From contig OZ241986.1 of the NCBI GenBank assembly GCA_965204375.1, positions 4,192,001-4,256,000 of the forward strand: a stretch of DNA of 64,000 nucleotides. Direction: 5' to 3'. A model generated the notes under the pieces. The model was not told the DNA's origin, did no database searches, and saw only the letters and a program-made list of their open reading frames with translations. This stretch comes from Candidatus Latescibacterota bacterium. Its GTDB lineage: Bacteria; Latescibacterota; UBA2968. Positions 9,037 to 20,399 of the stretch are shown in pieces. Numbering within the stretch: the stretch's first letter is position 1; the number at the start of each line of letters is the position of its first letter. Both the position numbers and the translations under genes were made by a program.

Positions 9037-12000
9037 TTACTTGAGCAGCATCAGCTTCCGCACATCCTGGAACTTCCCTGCCGAGAGCTGGTAGAAATAA
9101 ATCCCACTCGAAACCGGCGTTCCGCGATCATCCATACCGTCCCAACGGACCTGATAACGACCAATCGACTGCGGTTCAGCAGCAATCAGCGTCCGAACGA
9201 CCTGACCCACCACATTGTAAATCTGGAGCGTCACATCGGCAGACTCGGCCAATTCATATCCGATCGTCGTGTCGGGGTTAAACGGATTGGGGAAATTCTG
9301 GAGCAGTGCAAACTCTGTAGGCGTCGTCTGGATATCCAGCACACCGCCAGCCAATGGATTGGCGAATTGACTCGGATCGAAAACCAGACCCTCGGCAATC
9401 TCAAACCGCGCATTATCTTCAAAATCGCGCAACACGCGGAACACCAACCGAACAATATCGCCACCGCCAGAAACCTCTGAGCCATTCACAATCGCATTCA
9501 TCACGCGAACCTGTCCGGCCTCATCCGACCAACCTCTGAACAGCGGGATCTCGCCACCTGCTGACTGCAGCAAATCCTCAGCAGCCGGCATCGCTTCTAC
9601 AAACTCGAACTTCTCGGCATCGTAGTTAAGCACAAACCCATAACCCATCAGAGCCTGCGCATTGGCGAGCGACACATCCACAAACATATTCTCGCCAGCC
9701 ACCACGCGATCACTGCCCAAACGCAACGACAACTCGGCATTCTCATTCACGCCAAGAACGGGCGGAACCAGAGACTTGCCAGCCGGACCTGTCGCTTCCT
9801 TGCCATAAGAACTAAAGAACAGGATAAAGTCATCGAAATTGACCATCTTATCGTCATTCAGGTCAGCCTGAACAAAAACTCTCCAGTTCTCGTGCGTCTC
9901 ATCTGTATTAAACGCCATCGTAAAGGCAATAAAGTCTTCAAAGTCAACCGTCAGCGGCGTCGCCGTATCCCCGTGCCTGGGGAGCCTGACGATATAAACC
10001 GGATTGCCGTCTGCATCCACAAATCCCCTGCGCGTGGGCGTAAGCTCAACAAGTAGAGGAACACTCGGCGTCATATTGGTACCGTCCATCGCCGTCACGG
10101 TTACCAGCACCTCGGGCAGACCCTGATTAATCAGAGACTCGATCAAAGCCAGGGGAACCTGGAAACTGCCCGAACCAGCGGGCGCAGGCCCGATATCAAT
10201 CATCGAATCTTCGTTGGCACCGCCTCTGACCACATATCCCGTCACATGCGGAATTGTAATCCCGTAACCGCGATACATCACAATATCCATGCCGCCATCA
10301 TCGGCGGACACCGTCCAGGTAACCATCCCGGTTTCAACATCAGCGGCGAGACCGGTTGCAGCAGCAGGGGCTGTATCGTCAATCGCAGCCACCATATCTT
10401 CCGTCGCCGTAATTGAAGACGAAACAATGGGACCAGATCCATCCGTGCGGATATTCTGCGGAACAGCCAAATCGCCACCGACGAGCACACTCAAATCGGG
10501 ATCCAGAGCCGCAAACACCACATTCTTCTGATTCCCAATAAGCGCGTTCAAATAATCAGCAGAAGGCATAAACACCTGTGCGAGCTCATCCTCGGTCACA
10601 ACCCGATTGGGATCCAGACCCAGGAACTGAACCAAGTGTTGCACGCTCTCCTTGGAGAACACGCGCTTGCCAGCAGGCGTAATCACGTCCTCTGCCGAAC
10701 CCATACCGCTCTCGGCAGAAACGCCCCAGAGGGTTGCCTTCGAATCCGTCACCGGAACAACCGCGCGCGTCATACCATCATTATCCATTGCGTCGATAAC
10801 AGCCCAGGCGACCCAATCTTCCACCGGGTTACCCTCTGAATCATTCACCATCATCCAGCGATGGACGCGATACTGACTCACATCCGCGTGATTTTCCGAA
10901 TTGGCAAAAGTCACCATCACATAGTGACCATTATCGCCTTCCTGATCCTGCACCTTCACACTCGCAGGAGCAGCGGGCTTCTTCTGGCTAAACGAAACCT
11001 CCACCGCAGCCGTCGTAACGCCGGCACCCGAAGCCGTCACACTCACAGAAACTGGACCCGTGGCCGTCAGCGTCAGCACATTGCCATCCTGTGACTTTGA
11101 ATAATTACTCTCTGAACCACTCGTCACCTGGACATCGAACGTAACCTCAGTGCCTTCGGGAAAACCAACAGCCACGACCATTGACGAACCATCGGGAACC
11201 ACAGCCTGCGGAATCTTGACCTCAGCCATATCGGTTGTAACAGTGGGCATCGCCCTGAAAATAACTTTCAACGGCGAAGTCTCCGCGCCAGAATTATCCA
11301 TGGCTTTCAGCGTCACCTCAGCAGAACCTTCACCACTACCCGTCAACGTGACCATTGCACCATCCGTCTGAGCATCAACCGACGCTGTACCAGATACCTC
11401 GGTGAACGTATATTTAATACCGTCACCCAGACCAGTCGCCGTCACGGTTACCACCGCCTCTCCGCCAGCCGGAATAATAACATCGGCGTCATCCGCCGTC
11501 AGATAAGGCGGAGGATTCACAAACGAAATCGTCAGCGGTGCTGTCGTCGCCGTGCCATCGGTGGCCTCCATCGTCACATCCCCGGGATTACTCGTCGTCA
11601 CCGTCCAGGTCGCAGCACCAGCACCCGTTGCAAACCCGGCACCACCCGTAATTTTAAAATTAATCTCGGCACCGGCATCAAAACCGACAGCCGTAACCAT
11701 CGCTGAAGCTGAGGCACCAAAATCTGAAAACACCACCTCGGTACTCTCAGTTCTCAGTTCCGGTGGTGCCTTGGTAAAAACAACCGTAACCGGATCCAGC
11801 GCAACACCACGAGACATTGCAGACACCGTCACCGTGGCATCGCCCGTAGCGGACAACGTCACCGTGTTACCATCAACCGTGCCCGCATCAGCGGGATCTA
11901 TGGTAAACTCAACCATTTCATCCTGCGTATCCATCGCGGTTACCGTCGCCATTCCCGTCTCGCCGTGGCCAACCGTAACCTCGGTTGCGCTCGCCTCGAG

Positions 12001-12804
12001 ATAGGGCGCGAACTGAGTGACCATCAAAGCCTCACCACCACCCACAGCCCTTCTCATTCCATCTGCTGTAAGCACCGTCAGCGAGGCAACACCAATGGTA
12101 AACTCAGTGGCATCGGGATCCACTGTAAACGTCACAGAGCCGTAATTCCCGCCATCCAGCATCACAGCCGGTATGCCAAGAAGTGTAATGCTCATACCAT
12201 CTATTCCGCCAGGAGGTACTCCCAAACCGGTAGCAGGCATACTACCTGTGACCATCGCTGCATCAGCGGGATCAACCATAAAAGTGATCTCAGCACCCGT
12301 CGTTTCTCCGACTCCGGGAACCGCGACATTGACGGAGAGTTCACCATCGTCATTGATCTCACCATCACTCGTCAGGGCAGCTTCAAGACCATTAAACGAG
12401 GCCATAGCGGATGGGGTAATTTCTACCTCATCGAGCGTGACCTTCGCAATGCCAATGGAAAATTCCATACCCGTCACATCTACGTTTGTCGTAAAAGTGA
12501 AACTCACACTTGCGGGCACAGGCATTGCACTAATAGATAACAGGCTAACCGTACCGGGATCTGGTTGTAACCAGCCGGAAGGTGCAGCAAGAGTTAAAAG
12601 AGACTGGTCAAAATCAAATTCAACTTGTATGGCATTTACCGATTGGGTAACACCCATTTGGGACACTTCAACGACAATCTCCGTGCCCTGTCCAGAAACC
12701 TTGCTTGGAGTACCCGTGATCGAGATACTCTGCGCAGAAGCCTGCCCTGCAAATATCAGCAATGCCAAAGCAGTCATAGACAAAAGACTTTTTTTCAAAA
12801 ACAT
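9037..12804 (-). CDS. Large secreted protein: Ig-like repeats, dockerin-like EF-hand pair, cohesin-like domain, FlgD-Ig/T9SS-like CTD
   Basis: Signal peptide; VDFEDFIAF...ADLNDDKMVNFDDFILF; GYGFVLNYDAEKFEFV; LLQNFPNPFNP...RKLMLLK. Confidence 0.85.
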   Translation of the reverse strand: MFLKKSLLSMTALALLIFAGQASAQSISITGTPSKVSGQGTEIVVEVSQMGVTQSVNAIQVEFDFDQSLLTLAAPSGWLQPDPGTVSLLSISAMPVPASVSFTFTTNVDVTGMEFSIGIAKVTLDEVEITPSAMASFNGLEAALTSDGEINDDGELSVNVAVPGVGETTGAEITFMVDPADAAMVTGSMPATGLGVPPGGIDGMSITLLGIPAVMLDGGNYGSVTFTVDPDATEFTIGVASLTVLTADGMRRAVGGGEALMVTQFAPYLEASATEVTVGHGETGMATVTAMDTQDEMVEFTIDPADAGTVDGNTVTLSATGDATVTVSAMSRGVALDPVTVVFTKAPPELRTESTEVVFSDFGASASAMVTAVGFDAGAEINFKITGGAGFATGAGAATWTVTTSNPGDVTMEATDGTATTAPLTISFVNPPPYLTADDADVIIPAGGEAVVTVTATGLGDGIKYTFTEVSGTASVDAQTDGAMVTLTGSGEGSAEVTLKAMDNSGAETSPLKVIFRAMPTVTTDMAEVKIPQAVVPDGSSMVVAVGFPEGTEVTFDVQVTSGSESNYSKSQDGNVLTLTATGPVSVSVTASGAGVTTAAVEVSFSQKKPAAPASVKVQDQEGDNGHYVMVTFANSENHADVSQYRVHRWMMVNDSEGNPVEDWVAWAVIDAMDNDGMTRAVVPVTDSKATLWGVSAESGMGSAEDVITPAGKRVFSKESVQHLVQFLGLDPNRVVTEDELAQVFMPSADYLNALIGNQKNVVFAALDPDLSVLVGGDLAVPQNIRTDGSGPIVSSSITATEDMVAAIDDTAPAAATGLAADVETGMVTWTVSADDGGMDIVMYRGYGITIPHVTGYVVRGGANEDSMIDIGPAPAGSGSFQVPLALIESLINQGLPEVLVTVTAMDGTNMTPSVPLLVELTPTRRGFVDADGNPVYIVRLPRHGDTATPLTVDFEDFIAFTMAFNTDETHENWRVFVQADLNDDKMVNFDDFILFFSSYGKEATGPAGKSLVPPVLGVNENAELSLRLGSDRVVAGENMFVDVSLANAQALMGYGFVLNYDAEKFEFVEAMPAAEDLLQSAGGEIPLFRGWSDEAGQVRVMNAIVNGSEVSGGGDIVRLVFRVLRDFEDNARFEIAEGLVFDPSQFANPLAGGVLDIQTTPTEFALLQNFPNPFNPDTTIGYELAESADVTLQIYNVVGQVVRTLIAAEPQSIGRYQVRWDGMDDRGTPVSSGIYFYQLSAGKFQDVRKLMLLK

Positions 12805-12872
12805 TACAAACTCCTATATGAAAATATGGATCGGGAAGCCTCATCAGGGAAACTTCCCGACCCATCGGCGAA

Positions 12873-15800
12873 TTACTTGAGCAGCATCAGCTTCCGCACA
12901 TCACTGAACTTTCCGTCTGCCGCAATCTGGTAGAAATAAATTCCACTCGAAACCGGCACACCGCGATCATCCATACCGTTCCAGCGAATCTGATAGCGAC
13001 CCGCATTCTGCGCCTCGGAAGCGACCAGCGTCCGAACCACCTGACCCAACACATTGTAAATCTGGAGCGTCACGTCAGCGGACTCGGCCAAATCGTACTT
13101 AATGGTCGTATCCGGGTTAAACGGATTGGGGAAGTTCTGGTGCAAAGCGAACTCTCTGGGCGTACTCTGAAGTTCCAGCACACCCGCGACCACCGCCGGA
13201 TTCTGAAGCTGACTCGGGTCAAAGACCAGACCGTCGGCAATCTCAAACCTGGCGTTATCCTCAAACTCGCGCAACACGCGGAACACGAACCGAACCACAT
13301 CGCCACCGCCGGAAACCGCCGTGCCATTATACACACCATTGGCAACGGTAATCTGACCGTCGGCAACCACATGGTGGAACAACGTCTCTCCACCTGTTGA
13401 CTTGAGCAGATCCTCATCGGCAGGCGCCACACTCACAAACTCGAACTTATCGGTCTCGTAATTGAGCGCGAACCCATAACCGATCAGAGCAGCGACATTG
13501 GCAAGCGACACATCGACAGCCACCGTCTCGCCAGCGATCACGCGCTCACTACCCAGACTCAGCGTGAACTCAGCATTCTCGTTGATACCGGGCAGCAAAA
13601 CGAGCGGCTTCGTCGCCGGACCAACAGCTGTCCTGCCAAAGGACTTGATAAACTCGGAAAAGTCAGCGACACTAACCATGCCATCGTCATTGACATCGGC
13701 CTGGGCGTTGTAATTCTCATCACCTTCGCTGCTACCAAACGCAGCAACAAGCGCGAGGAAGTCATCCACGCCAACTGTCATATCTGACGGGGCATCCCCT
13801 GCATAGACGAGATAAACGGGATCGCCGTTTGCATCCACATAAGCCATACGCGCAGACCCCTGGACAAAGGTAATGGCAAGCTCATCCGCCGGATATCGAC
13901 CATCTGTAGCCGACACCGTCACAGTGCCTGCCTCAGCCATGGTAATATCCAACGTCGCCGTGCCATCGTCATTTGCCGCCACGGGATCCATCGCCGTGCC
14001 GTTCTTGGTAAAGGTAACCATGCTGCCAGCATTATAGCCTTCGGCTGCGACTGTTACCGTTATCGTACCGGGATCAGCGGGAATCTCAACATTGTTACCC
14101 GCCTGATCTGTATCCATACCAGGCACCCAGAGCGTAAGCTCGGGTGTCAAAGGCATAACAATGGTGACGCTCGCACCAGTTCTGGTGTTTTGGCTTCGCT
14201 TATCATCAGAGTTTAAGGTCGTATTATCTATCCTGACCTGGATAGACACGTCTCCTGCCTCGTCAGGTGCTGTAACCGTGAAAGGCCAACCCTCCGGGTC
14301 CAGTTGCCATTCAAATGCAGGTAGTCCTTTCAGGGTGGGCGAGGAACGGATAGTAATGGCAAACCCATCCTTATAATCGTAGGCATTGTCCTTCGCCCGG
14401 GTATCCAGTACCGCCAGAGAGTCTTCGGCAGAAGCTGGATCAGACTTAAAGGCTCTGACCGAGGGGTTGTAATGTCTATCGACCGGGACCACCCGGAGGG
14501 TGAATTTGTCCCCAGTATCGACAGACTCAACTTTTTCGCCACCTTTCTCAGCGGTTATCATGAACTTGTTAAAGTCGGCAGCACCGACGTAGAGACTATC
14601 AATGTCGCCATTGAATTCCGCTACTGTTGTACTACCCGTACCAGCATTCCGATGTTCGATCAGAATTTTAATTAAGCCAGTAGCCTTGTTCGACTTAGCC
14701 GTAACGTCGCGCTTACCGAGCAACCAGCCAGCGGCATCAAGCGTAGCCATACCGTCTGGCTCGGCATCATCCATCACGCCCGTACCTTCAAACCACACGG
14801 ACCCGGCAACACCGCCGTTTGCGTCCCAGGCACTGATGCGCACCTCGGCAGCTGTATTGCCATTTTCGTCCACGTTTTTATAGGTCAAAGCATCACGTTT
14901 CGTGTCAGACGACGCATCGTGATCAATAGCCTGAACCTCCAGGACAATGGCCTGACCGGCAATCACAGAGTCTGCAGCAGTCTCATTCGTCGCTGTAACT
15001 GCAGTCATATTTGTGATGGAGAATTGATTCGCCCGAGGATTATCGAATTGCGCATTAAACCTCATATTTTCAGATTCATCCTGAGGCGTGATGGAAACAT
15101 TCCCCGCAAGATCTCGGGTAAATATCGTCATCGTATATGATTCTTCATCCGTTAACGCCTTAGAGAAAACAACCTGGGTTTCGCCTTTTGCCGTAACCCC
15201 GGCTCTCTCCTCGACAATAGTGGCTCCACCTGAAGCTGCGAACGTAACCGCAATCGAATCTACGGCTTCGGGCAACTCAAAGACTGGATGGCGCGTAGCA
15301 TCGTTAATCTGACCATCCGGAAGCAAACTATTCTTGGGGAACCAATCCGAGAGCATTGGCTTTGCTGCATCGTGCGTAACGCCAGACATCGTCGTTTTGG
15401 TTGTGTTGCCCCGAGTATCGGTCGCCAAAATAGCCAGTGTTATCTCTGTCCCGGCTACATTCGCGCTCGATGGCACGAAAGCCGTGTCCGGATATTTGTC
15501 ATCATCGCCTTCTCCGTCTTTCTTCGTAGAACTGAGCGGACTCGTATCAACTTCTATTGAATCTACTTTTCCAGGGTCACCACTCATGCCAACGAGTCCG
15601 TCGCGATAGTTAGCTATTGTTAACGTATCCGCTCCGACTGCAAAGACCTGAAGCGATGAAAGAGCTTCATCCACTGAGATTACCAGCGGATTGAGATGCT
15701 TATCTACGTTCCGGCCCTCAACAGTACTGAACGTAGCACCAGAAAAGCGCATGGGATGCGTATGATCAAACAGACTGTCGGGATCCGCAGATGGATACAG

Positions 15801-18800
15801 GATCGAAACCTTCGGCGAACGCGAATCCGCGGCGAAAGTTGTTATCCTCGCACCACTATAGTTAGCGGCCTGATCCTTTACCTGGACAAGGACCCGCCCT
15901 GTCGCGTTATCTGGCTGGAACCTCGTACCTCTCGATCCTATAAAATCGACAAAGTCATCGGTTTTATGTTCGAAGAAGCCTTCTGTTATCTTCCACGAGG
16001 TACGCAATGAATCTGAGGCGGCAGCAATGACCTGGGAAGCACTAAAGTTCACCGTCTTGGTAAAAGGTGCGACCTGGGCAGCAGTATATGTCTTGCCTCT
16101 ATACGACCCCGTACCATCCTGAGGCTGTATCTGAACCCGGATGCCACTGTCTCGGAAAAGAACATTCCCACTCACCGCGACAGCGACGCGAACCTCATCG
16201 CCAACTTTGACAGCAGTAACAGGCTCGCCATCCTTATTCGTAACATTCACACCAGCAATGGCAGCGTTTGAAGGCACGAGGTTATCAACCTTAAAGAGCT
16301 TCCCATCACCTTTGTATCTGTCCGCTTCACTAACAAGCGAAGGATTAGAAGGATAAACCGGTTTGTCCGAATCCCTATTTGTGAATGATTCTGTAAGACC
16401 ATTACCAGCGGTGAACTCAATATGTGCATACGCACCCAGATATTGACCATTCGACGCTGGGTCAGTACTACCTTGGTCGTTCCGGGGTCTTATACGGATC
16501 TCAAATCGGACCGTATCATTGCCGCGCCAGATAACATCACCGCGACTGCGACTTCCCGGTTCTTCAAAGGTAAGAGTTCCGCCATCTTCGAGGTTAAAAT
16601 TCCGCGCGGTTACGGCATCAATTTCATAACTATTATGAGCCGTATCGCGCACCGAAACCTTAATGCTCGTAAAATCAGACCAGGGATACGCTACGCTACC
16701 CACGCGCTTCAAATCAACAATGACCTTGTCATTGCCCACGGGCGCCCAGCCATTTGCTGCTGGCTTGACCAGGACAGCGCGATAACCAGCGATATCCAGG
16801 GCACCACGCGCTCTGATGGGAATCGTGCGCGTACCCGAAACATAGTTCTCTGCCGAAGCAGTCACGGTAATCGTTCCAGCAGCAGCTGCCTCAGCAGCAT
16901 TAAGAGACAGAACGACCGGAATAGTGCCATCGGCCAGCCTGGTGGCAGGATCGTGGTCAGGATGTTGACGTATATTCGTGATTGACACTGTGGGAGATGC
17001 AAGCGTTCCTTTGTCGGTCATCACATTCACGACCAACGGATTCGGAATCTCCGCATCTGCCGTTGCCAACACGACCTTTACCGTCAACGTCACGGACTGA
17101 GCACCACCGCCCATTGTCACACTGGGTGGCTGGGCATTACTGAACGAGAGCGTACCCTTTGATGCATCATTATCCACGATTACAATAGGAGCCGCCTCAC
17201 CAGAATTATAGCCACTGGCAGTAGCAGTCAATTTGACTGTCCTGGTCGTGTAGGCATCATCATTATGAGGCGTGATTGTCAGCGTGCCAGTACCTGAGGT
17301 GTTAGTGCCCGATATCGAAATATCGACTGACGACACCGTTGTGCCACCGTCAGTTCCCTCTACCGTACCAGTCACCATCACCACCACTGTATTCCCTGTA
17401 CCCGGTGCTTCAGGCAACGTCGCAGTCACCTGGATAGACCGCGCACGAGCATCTTCTCTTACTCGGTCGGTATCGGTCGTCAGTGTCACCATTCCCACTG
17501 CTGGCGGCACTATAGGACCACCCTCAGTATCGACAATGGTCAGAGTCGCAGTGGCCATTAATTCGGGTGTTGGTTCGTCTTCATCGCCGTCGTCGTCGTC
17601 GTCGTATGTGGCAGTCACGACCACCGTCTCATGGTCCGAATCGGCATCCGGGGCTGGCCTAATTGTCAGCATTCCCGTACCAGAGCCGGACGAGACATCA
17701 ACATCATCTGAATCAATTGTGACTCCATTACTCCTGGCAGTCACCTTCACCATGTCACCCTCACCAGTGAGAGGGGCATGTTCTAACATCACGGTCACAG
17801 TCACAACCTGGGCACCGCCCTCCTCTGTCAATTCGTCAGGACTGAGCGTAATCGTTACAGTTTGCTCTTTATCATCATCCTCAATGGTCAAAGTCTGAGA
17901 ATCGGGCGTTCCATAGCCAGGCACTGCTGCGGCTGTGGCCACTGTAACGATCTGATCGTCATCATCAGGATCATCACCCCGCGGAATAAACAGATTTCCG
18001 GAGCCGGTATCTGAGCCACCGGTTACAGTAACAGTCACCGACGAAATTATGAACCCACCACTGGTGGCATTCACAGTCACACTTACATTTGAAGAAGGAG
18101 CAGGCGTCAACGTCAAAGTCACAGCCACGGTGGCATCATCGGCACCGGTCTCCTCTGTCAATGTCTTAGGACTGATCGCAAGTTCTATGGTCCTCGCCGG
18201 GATATCATCTTCTACGATCGTGAGCATATCAGGCGTCGGGAAATCATACCCTTCCGCTTCGGCGTTCACTGTAACCGCCACATCACCCATATTCTCCTGA
18301 TCATTGGTCGGGGTAATCCTCAGCGCACCTATGCCGGTGCCGGTGGTGGGTACAGTAACAGTCGTCGAAGAATGCATTGTCTCACCAATAGTGGCAGTCA
18401 ACACCACCGGTGTAGCTGCCTGAGGGGCAGGTTGTAACGTCACGGTCACAGCTATGTCCGTAGGACCTGCATCCTCCTGAACTTCCTCAGCACTGAACGC
18501 AAGTTGTATGGTCCCATCTGTCTTATGTATATCTTTGACAGTGATATTCGCCGGATCGCCTGTATATGTTACCTCGTCATCTTCCGGGGTCCCCCCTTCA
18601 GGGACGGTGGACCCCGTAGCACTCACTACGATTACATCATCGACATCATTGCCATCATCATCCGGCGGATCGATAACCAGCGTTCCGGCCATTCCCTCCA
18701 TGTTGGCTGCTACAGTAATAGTAGTCGTAGCAATTGTGAACCCACCAGCATTGGCATCCACAGTCACCGTTACATCGCTTGTAAGAGAAACGGGCGTTAG

Positions 18801-19952
18801 CGTCACAGACACAGCCACAGTCGTGGCACCCATCCCCTCTGTCAATTCCATAGGATCGACCACAACTGCGACGACATTAGCCTGGTCATCATCTATGATG
18901 GTTACAGTCTGAGTCGCAGGCGATTCCTCAGTGCCGACTATATAGTCCATCGCTTCGGCGGTTATTTCAACCGTTTCATCATTCATATCGGCATCATTGG
19001 CTGGCGTAATAGTTAGCACTACTGTTTCTTCGGTTGCGCTTCCGGCTACAGTAACACCACCCGTAATTTGGGAAACCCCACCACCAAGCGTAGCAGTCAC
19101 CGTCACCGTCACATCATCTGTATTGTCTTCGGGACGTACTAATGTCAAAGACACAGTCACAGTCTGTGGACCATCTCCCTCTGTCAATCTCTCAGGACTG
19201 ACCGCAAAGGTCAGGCCCCCCTCATCATCATCAATGGTCACAGTTGCAGCGACGGGTACAAAGTGAGCCAATACAGCGGTTATCAAAACGTCTTCATCTT
19301 CTGCATTATTATTATCATCGGGTGGCGTAATAACCAGATCTCCAGTGGCTGAGCTTGCCTCGAGTGCTACAGTAAGAACCGCCGTCCCAATATTCTCATC
19401 ACCAAGCATGGCATTCACAGTCACATCTGACGCTGCTGTCACAGTCGAAGCGACACCCTCAGCAAAATTGCCACGTCCTGCTAATTCCAACGTCACAGCC
19501 ACGGTTTGGGCACCGCCCCCCTCTGTCACTGTTGCAGGAGTGACGGAAGCCGTCACTTCTCCCTCATCGTCATTAATAGCCAGGGCTGCCGTGCCGCTTT
19601 GATAGCCAGACAATGCGCCGGTCACCGTAGTTGTCTTATCCTTCGCATCGGCATCCTGCCTTGCCGTAATATTCAGCGTGCCGGTAGCAGAGCCGTCAGT
19701 ATCAGTTGTTACAGTAATAGGAATTGAACCGCCCATCGCATCAGCGGCGTCAACACTCACCATTACTACTACCGTTGTGCCTGCGGCAAGGTCTGGCGTT
19801 AAATCTACAGTCACCGTTACCTCGATCTGAGTCCCCTCTACAACTGTAGTGGGGCTAAGCGTAATTCCAACTTGTGCAAAGCTATCTGGCACTCCAAGCC
19901 CAAGCGTGAGCAATAGAGCCGCCAAAAAGCCAATTGTTTTGTGAAAATTCAT
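12873..19952 (-). CDS. Giant (2359 aa) acidic surface protein: Calx-beta/Ig-like repeats, dockerin-like, cohesin-like, FlgD-Ig/T9SS-like CTD
   Basis: Signal peptide; about eight ~110-aa repeats starting with (SP)xxLTE and ending T(L/I)xIxDDD; ADVNDDGMVSVADF; LHQNFPNPFNP; GGAGG RBS. Confidence 0.85.
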   Translation of the reverse strand: MNFHKTIGFLAALLLTLGLGVPDSFAQVGITLSPTTVVEGTQIEVTVTVDLTPDLAAGTTVVVMVSVDAADAMGGSIPITVTTDTDGSATGTLNITARQDADAKDKTTTVTGALSGYQSGTAALAINDDEGEVTASVTPATVTEGGGAQTVAVTLELAGRGNFAEGVASTVTAASDVTVNAMLGDENIGTAVLTVALEASSATGDLVITPPDDNNNAEDEDVLITAVLAHFVPVAATVTIDDDEGGLTFAVSPERLTEGDGPQTVTVSLTLVRPEDNTDDVTVTVTATLGGGVSQITGGVTVAGSATEETVVLTITPANDADMNDETVEITAEAMDYIVGTEESPATQTVTIIDDDQANVVAVVVDPMELTEGMGATTVAVSVTLTPVSLTSDVTVTVDANAGGFTIATTTITVAANMEGMAGTLVIDPPDDDGNDVDDVIVVSATGSTVPEGGTPEDDEVTYTGDPANITVKDIHKTDGTIQLAFSAEEVQEDAGPTDIAVTVTLQPAPQAATPVVLTATIGETMHSSTTVTVPTTGTGIGALRITPTNDQENMGDVAVTVNAEAEGYDFPTPDMLTIVEDDIPARTIELAISPKTLTEETGADDATVAVTLTLTPAPSSNVSVTVNATSGGFIISSVTVTVTGGSDTGSGNLFIPRGDDPDDDDQIVTVATAAAVPGYGTPDSQTLTIEDDDKEQTVTITLSPDELTEEGGAQVVTVTVMLEHAPLTGEGDMVKVTARSNGVTIDSDDVDVSSGSGTGMLTIRPAPDADSDHETVVVTATYDDDDDGDEDEPTPELMATATLTIVDTEGGPIVPPAVGMVTLTTDTDRVREDARARSIQVTATLPEAPGTGNTVVVMVTGTVEGTDGGTTVSSVDISISGTNTSGTGTLTITPHNDDAYTTRTVKLTATASGYNSGEAAPIVIVDNDASKGTLSFSNAQPPSVTMGGGAQSVTLTVKVVLATADAEIPNPLVVNVMTDKGTLASPTVSITNIRQHPDHDPATRLADGTIPVVLSLNAAEAAAAGTITVTASAENYVSGTRTIPIRARGALDIAGYRAVLVKPAANGWAPVGNDKVIVDLKRVGSVAYPWSDFTSIKVSVRDTAHNSYEIDAVTARNFNLEDGGTLTFEEPGSRSRGDVIWRGNDTVRFEIRIRPRNDQGSTDPASNGQYLGAYAHIEFTAGNGLTESFTNRDSDKPVYPSNPSLVSEADRYKGDGKLFKVDNLVPSNAAIAGVNVTNKDGEPVTAVKVGDEVRVAVAVSGNVLFRDSGIRVQIQPQDGTGSYRGKTYTAAQVAPFTKTVNFSASQVIAAASDSLRTSWKITEGFFEHKTDDFVDFIGSRGTRFQPDNATGRVLVQVKDQAANYSGARITTFAADSRSPKVSILYPSADPDSLFDHTHPMRFSGATFSTVEGRNVDKHLNPLVISVDEALSSLQVFAVGADTLTIANYRDGLVGMSGDPGKVDSIEVDTSPLSSTKKDGEGDDDKYPDTAFVPSSANVAGTEITLAILATDTRGNTTKTTMSGVTHDAAKPMLSDWFPKNSLLPDGQINDATRHPVFELPEAVDSIAVTFAASGGATIVEERAGVTAKGETQVVFSKALTDEESYTMTIFTRDLAGNVSITPQDESENMRFNAQFDNPRANQFSITNMTAVTATNETAADSVIAGQAIVLEVQAIDHDASSDTKRDALTYKNVDENGNTAAEVRISAWDANGGVAGSVWFEGTGVMDDAEPDGMATLDAAGWLLGKRDVTAKSNKATGLIKILIEHRNAGTGSTTVAEFNGDIDSLYVGAADFNKFMITAEKGGEKVESVDTGDKFTLRVVPVDRHYNPSVRAFKSDPASAEDSLAVLDTRAKDNAYDYKDGFAITIRSSPTLKGLPAFEWQLDPEGWPFTVTAPDEAGDVSIQVRIDNTTLNSDDKRSQNTRTGASVTIVMPLTPELTLWVPGMDTDQAGNNVEIPADPGTITVTVAAEGYNAGSMVTFTKNGTAMDPVAANDDGTATLDITMAEAGTVTVSATDGRYPADELAITFVQGSARMAYVDANGDPVYLVYAGDAPSDMTVGVDDFLALVAAFGSSEGDENYNAQADVNDDGMVSVADFSEFIKSFGRTAVGPATKPLVLLPGINENAEFTLSLGSERVIAGETVAVDVSLANVAALIGYGFALNYETDKFEFVSVAPADEDLLKSTGGETLFHHVVADGQITVANGVYNGTAVSGGGDVVRFVFRVLREFEDNARFEIADGLVFDPSQLQNPAVVAGVLELQSTPREFALHQNFPNPFNPDTTIKYDLAESADVTLQIYNVLGQVVRTLVASEAQNAGRYQIRWNGMDDRGVPVSSGIYFYQIAADGKFSDVRKLMLLK

Positions 19953-20399
19953 CCTATCGACCTCCTAAAAAAAAGTCAGGATCGAGTAAATGATTGTTTA
20001 CGAACATTTTGATTCTACTGCGATGAACTGGTTTGAAACCAGTTCCTACATTCTCGCGCTGTCTCCAGCGGTTTTTAAGACCGGACCCCAGAACAGGGTG
20101 AGAGCCGCGACCTTTGCGGAGCAACGGAGAAGCACTACCAGATTCCAAATTTATATCCCTCCCTTCAACTGACTTGTTTTCATTTTCTTAAATTCCTTAT
20201 CTAACAACAGGTTACGTAACAACTTATGAACTCGGCATTTTATTCGAGTACCTCCTTCCAAAAACAGCCTAACACACACCAATGCAACATCCTCACAATC
20301 GCATTGAGGAGCAATGCGTTAGGAAAAAACAATACCTCTTCTGTTTTGTTTAACGTTTGGTTCATGGGAACTACTCCACCTTAAATATACGACGGGCTA

